From Phoronis australis (taxonomy: Eukaryota > Animalia > Phoronida), in assembly GCA_002633005.1 (NCBI GenBank), contig NMRA01000247.1, positions 1-64,000 of the forward strand: 64,000 nucleotides of DNA, in the 5' to 3' direction. The notes under the pieces are model-generated. The model searched no databases. It worked only from the letters and a program-made list of their open reading frames with translations, and was not told where the DNA came from. The translations under genes were made by a program, and so were the position numbers. Positions 61,093-64,000 of this stretch are shown here, piece after piece (position 1 is the first letter of the stretch; every line of letters starts with the position of its first letter).

Positions 61093-62602
61093 TTTTTATG
61101 CTCCCACATATATGTGGACGCATTATGCCGTCATCTCTGTCTGGCATCGACTGCTCTATCTCCAAAACCCTTTGACATACGTTCATGAAATTTGGCACAT
61201 ATGTTCCATTCATGAATGGGACGGCACGAGCGAACTTTCTGACTGATCCGACTACAGGTGTGCCCCCTAGTGGCAATTTTAGTTTTTTATGCTTACCTTT
61301 GTATCTTCAAAATTTTTAACGTATTTTCATGAAATTTGGTATGTAGGCACCTATTAGTGAAGCGACGCTATCCTCCCGTTTTCGGATGGCTTCGACATAG
61401 TTTGCACCACCTAGTGGCCGTTTTTACTGTTTTTGAGTCTGTTTTTTTGCGTCCACCCCTCTATCAACCAAACCGCTCAAATGCTGATTGTGAAAATTGG
61501 CATGTATGTCCTTACTATGAACAGAATGGTTGACGATGATTTTCCGACGATTTCGACTGCTGTGGCGCCTCCTAGTGGCAGTTTTTTTTGCGCCTATGGC
61601 TGTATCTCCTAAACCATTGGCAGGATCTTTACGAAATTTAGTAAGTATATTTACATGATGTTAAAACAACAGACGACGATGACTTTCGGACAGATTTGAC
61701 CACTGGTGTGCCACCTAGTGGCAATTTTATTTTTTTTACGTTTACCTCTGTATCTTCAAAGGTCCTCATCGTATTTTCATAAAATTTGGCATATAGGCAT
61801 CTATCTCCGTTTTCAGCTGAATAACGACCTAGATTGCACCACCTAGTGGCCATTTTTGCTGTGTTCGAGTTTTTTGGATCGTTACTTAATTCAGCAAGTG
61901 TATTTTTTATGATGTTGACTACGGATGACGACGACTTTCGGACAGATCTGACTACTGCTGTGCCCCTAGTGGCAATTTTAGTTTTTTACATTTAACGCTG
62001 TATCTTCAAAGGTCCTCAACAGATTTTCATAAAATTTTAAATATAGGCATCTATTAGTGTGACGATGCTAACTTCCTGTTTTTGGATGGAATCTAGGTAT
62101 TTTGCACCACCTAAAAGCCATTTTTGCTGTTTTCAAATCTTGTTTTTGGCGTCCACCCCTGTATCAACCAAATCATTTGATAATTGGCATATTTGTTCTC
62201 AGTGTGAAGACGACCTTTGATGATGGTGGCTGACTACTGTGGCGCCTCTTAGTGGTAGTTTCGTTTTGCGCCCATAGTTGCATCTCCTAAACCCACTGCA
62301 GGATCTTTATTAAGTTTAGTAAGTGTATTTATATGAAGATAACAACAGACGACGACGACTTTCAGGCGGATCCAGCGGACACTGTGCCCACTAGTGGCAA
62401 TTTCATTTTATTCTGTTTTCCTTTGTTTCTCTGAAGTTCCTTGACACATTTTTATGAAATATGGCATTTTCCTGTTTTTGGATAGATTGTATGTTTTTGC
62501 GCCATCTAGTGGCCATTTTTATGATACAAATAAATAACCCTAAATGCACACCATTTGCAATGCATTCGTGGGCGCATTTCAACGCTCCGCGTTGCTTTTG
62601 TT
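61093..62602 (+). mobile_element. Full-length HINE copy just downstream of the gene
   Basis: 5' TTTTTATGCTCCCACA; 3' GTGGGCGCAT (reverse complement of ATGCGCCCAC) + hairpin CAACGC-TCC-GCGTTG + CTTTTGTT. Confidence 0.8.
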
Positions 62603-62929
62603 TCTATCTGAACACTTTTCACCTGAATTACCTGAATTACTTTCTGCGAATGGGTTTAAAGAAGATGGACAAAAATCTTCTTACCACAGGTACACCCACT
62701 GAGATTAAGCTGAAGGGTACTAGGGGTGATATTTCCTCATTGTGAATTTGTCACCTCAGAGAGCCTGTCCAGTGGCTGGAAGCTGACTGGCCAAAAGCAA
62801 CCTATAGTCGCAGAAGGCGAAGTCTGTCAGTGGCCACTATTCACATGCACTGTATGAAATTAATGGCTGATAAGGCACTCAGACTTTAATTACGGGCCCA
62901 TGTGGGTGCATATTGCTAGACTGGGCGTC

Positions 62930-63580
62930 AGCAGGTGTATCTCCTATTAATCCCTCTCGGTATCATGTTGAGATTTAGCAGATGTTCCTATGGAGCTGAT
63001 GATGAATGACGACAAATTTCGGACCTATTTGACTACCTGTGTACTTCCTTGTGGCAATGACGATATCCTCCCATTTTCGGGTGGATTCAAGGTATTTTAC
63101 GCCACCTAGTGGCCATTTTTACTGTTTTCAAGTCTGTTTTTTGGCTTACGATGATTTTACTACCACTTCCACTACTGTGGCGCCTCATTGTGGTAGTTAT
63201 GTTTTATTTTTTATGCCATGACTGTATCTCCTAAAGGGTCTGCAGGATCTGTATAAATTTAGAAAGCTTAGTGTATTTATGTGAAGTAGGCAACGAACGA
63301 CAACGACTTTCAGATGTTCCGAGAAACGCTGTGCTCCCTATTTTTTCTGATTTCTCTGAAGTTCCTTGATGGATTGTTATGAAATTTGGAAAAAGCTTTC
63401 TAGTAAAGAAACAATGACATGTTGCTGTTTTTGGCTGTATTCATCATCTTTACAGTCTGGTGGCCATTTTTACCGTTTTTTAGTCTGTTTTTGGCATCCG
63501 CCCCTCTATTAATCTGATACTCTGATGATTTTGAAAATTGGCATTTATGTTACTTGGAGGACAGCTGATGATAATTTTTG
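62930..63580 (+). repeat. Decayed fragment of the same HINE monomer array
   Basis: GCCACCTAGTGGCCATTTTTACTGTTTT, CTGTATCTCCTAAA and other monomer blocks. Confidence 0.65.
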
Positions 63581-64000
63581 CACTAAAAAACCCTGACTAG
63601 CATGTTCATATTATTAGGGAAAAGTAGGTCTAGACCTAATAAAAACTTTGGTCAATGAAGAAAGTCTTCTTTTGTCAATCAGTGCCAATGGTGTACAGTC
63701 TCGCAGGCGTCAAACGAGCAACAAACTTGATGGAAAAGATTTCCAATGTTACACATCACTATTCCAAGGGCTCATTGCTCCGAAAGTCCACTACTCCGAA
63801 GTTACTGCAAAGTTTCGCTACCTTCGAAAGTTCTCTACTCCGAAACCAGAACTCCTACAGTTCATTACTCTGATTGTCTGCTAACGAGTCGGAACTGACA
63901 TGAGAAGAGTATAATTTGTGCCTATTTAGTAACTATTTAAAGAGTGTACTCATGCTGAGTAGTTATTAAAACATTGATTGCTTTCAACGGAGCTCTGTTC

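Noticed and set aside
63740-63875. Short CTACTCCGAA-type repeats
   Set aside because: Resembles MITE subterminal repeats but is too degenerate to bound or classify.

Overview
Repeat-rich, intron-containing animal (probably marine invertebrate) genomic DNA with three N-gaps; it is not prokaryotic and has no CRISPR array. 1-7350 is a 10-bp CCA(C/G)TGGCCT satellite. 7.35-14.2 kb is a decayed Ty3/Gypsy element whose integrase is split by an hAT DNA transposon (16-bp TIRs, 6-bp TSD); a second hAT copy ends at 16501. 17-27 kb holds two 32-bp GAGCACCTTA-core tandem arrays, one containing a 5'-truncated RNase H-bearing LINE with an 11-bp TSD, plus exon-like pieces on the minus strand. 28143-31902 is a minus-strand Gypsy element (4-bp TSD) nested in an old LINE, carrying an extra C2H2 zinc-finger ORF behind a splice acceptor. 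36.1-38.8 kb is another decayed Gypsy. The one intact host gene is an 8-coding-exon, 330-aa PLP-dependent serine/threonine dehydratase / serine-racemase-family enzyme (40280-60833, +). Its introns contain a deleted Kolobok transposon (THAP transposase plus convergent KolX-like gene), a 25-bp minisatellite and Helentron-associated elements with a CTCF-like motif every ~150 bp. All calls come from reading the sequence by eye; no database searches were run.
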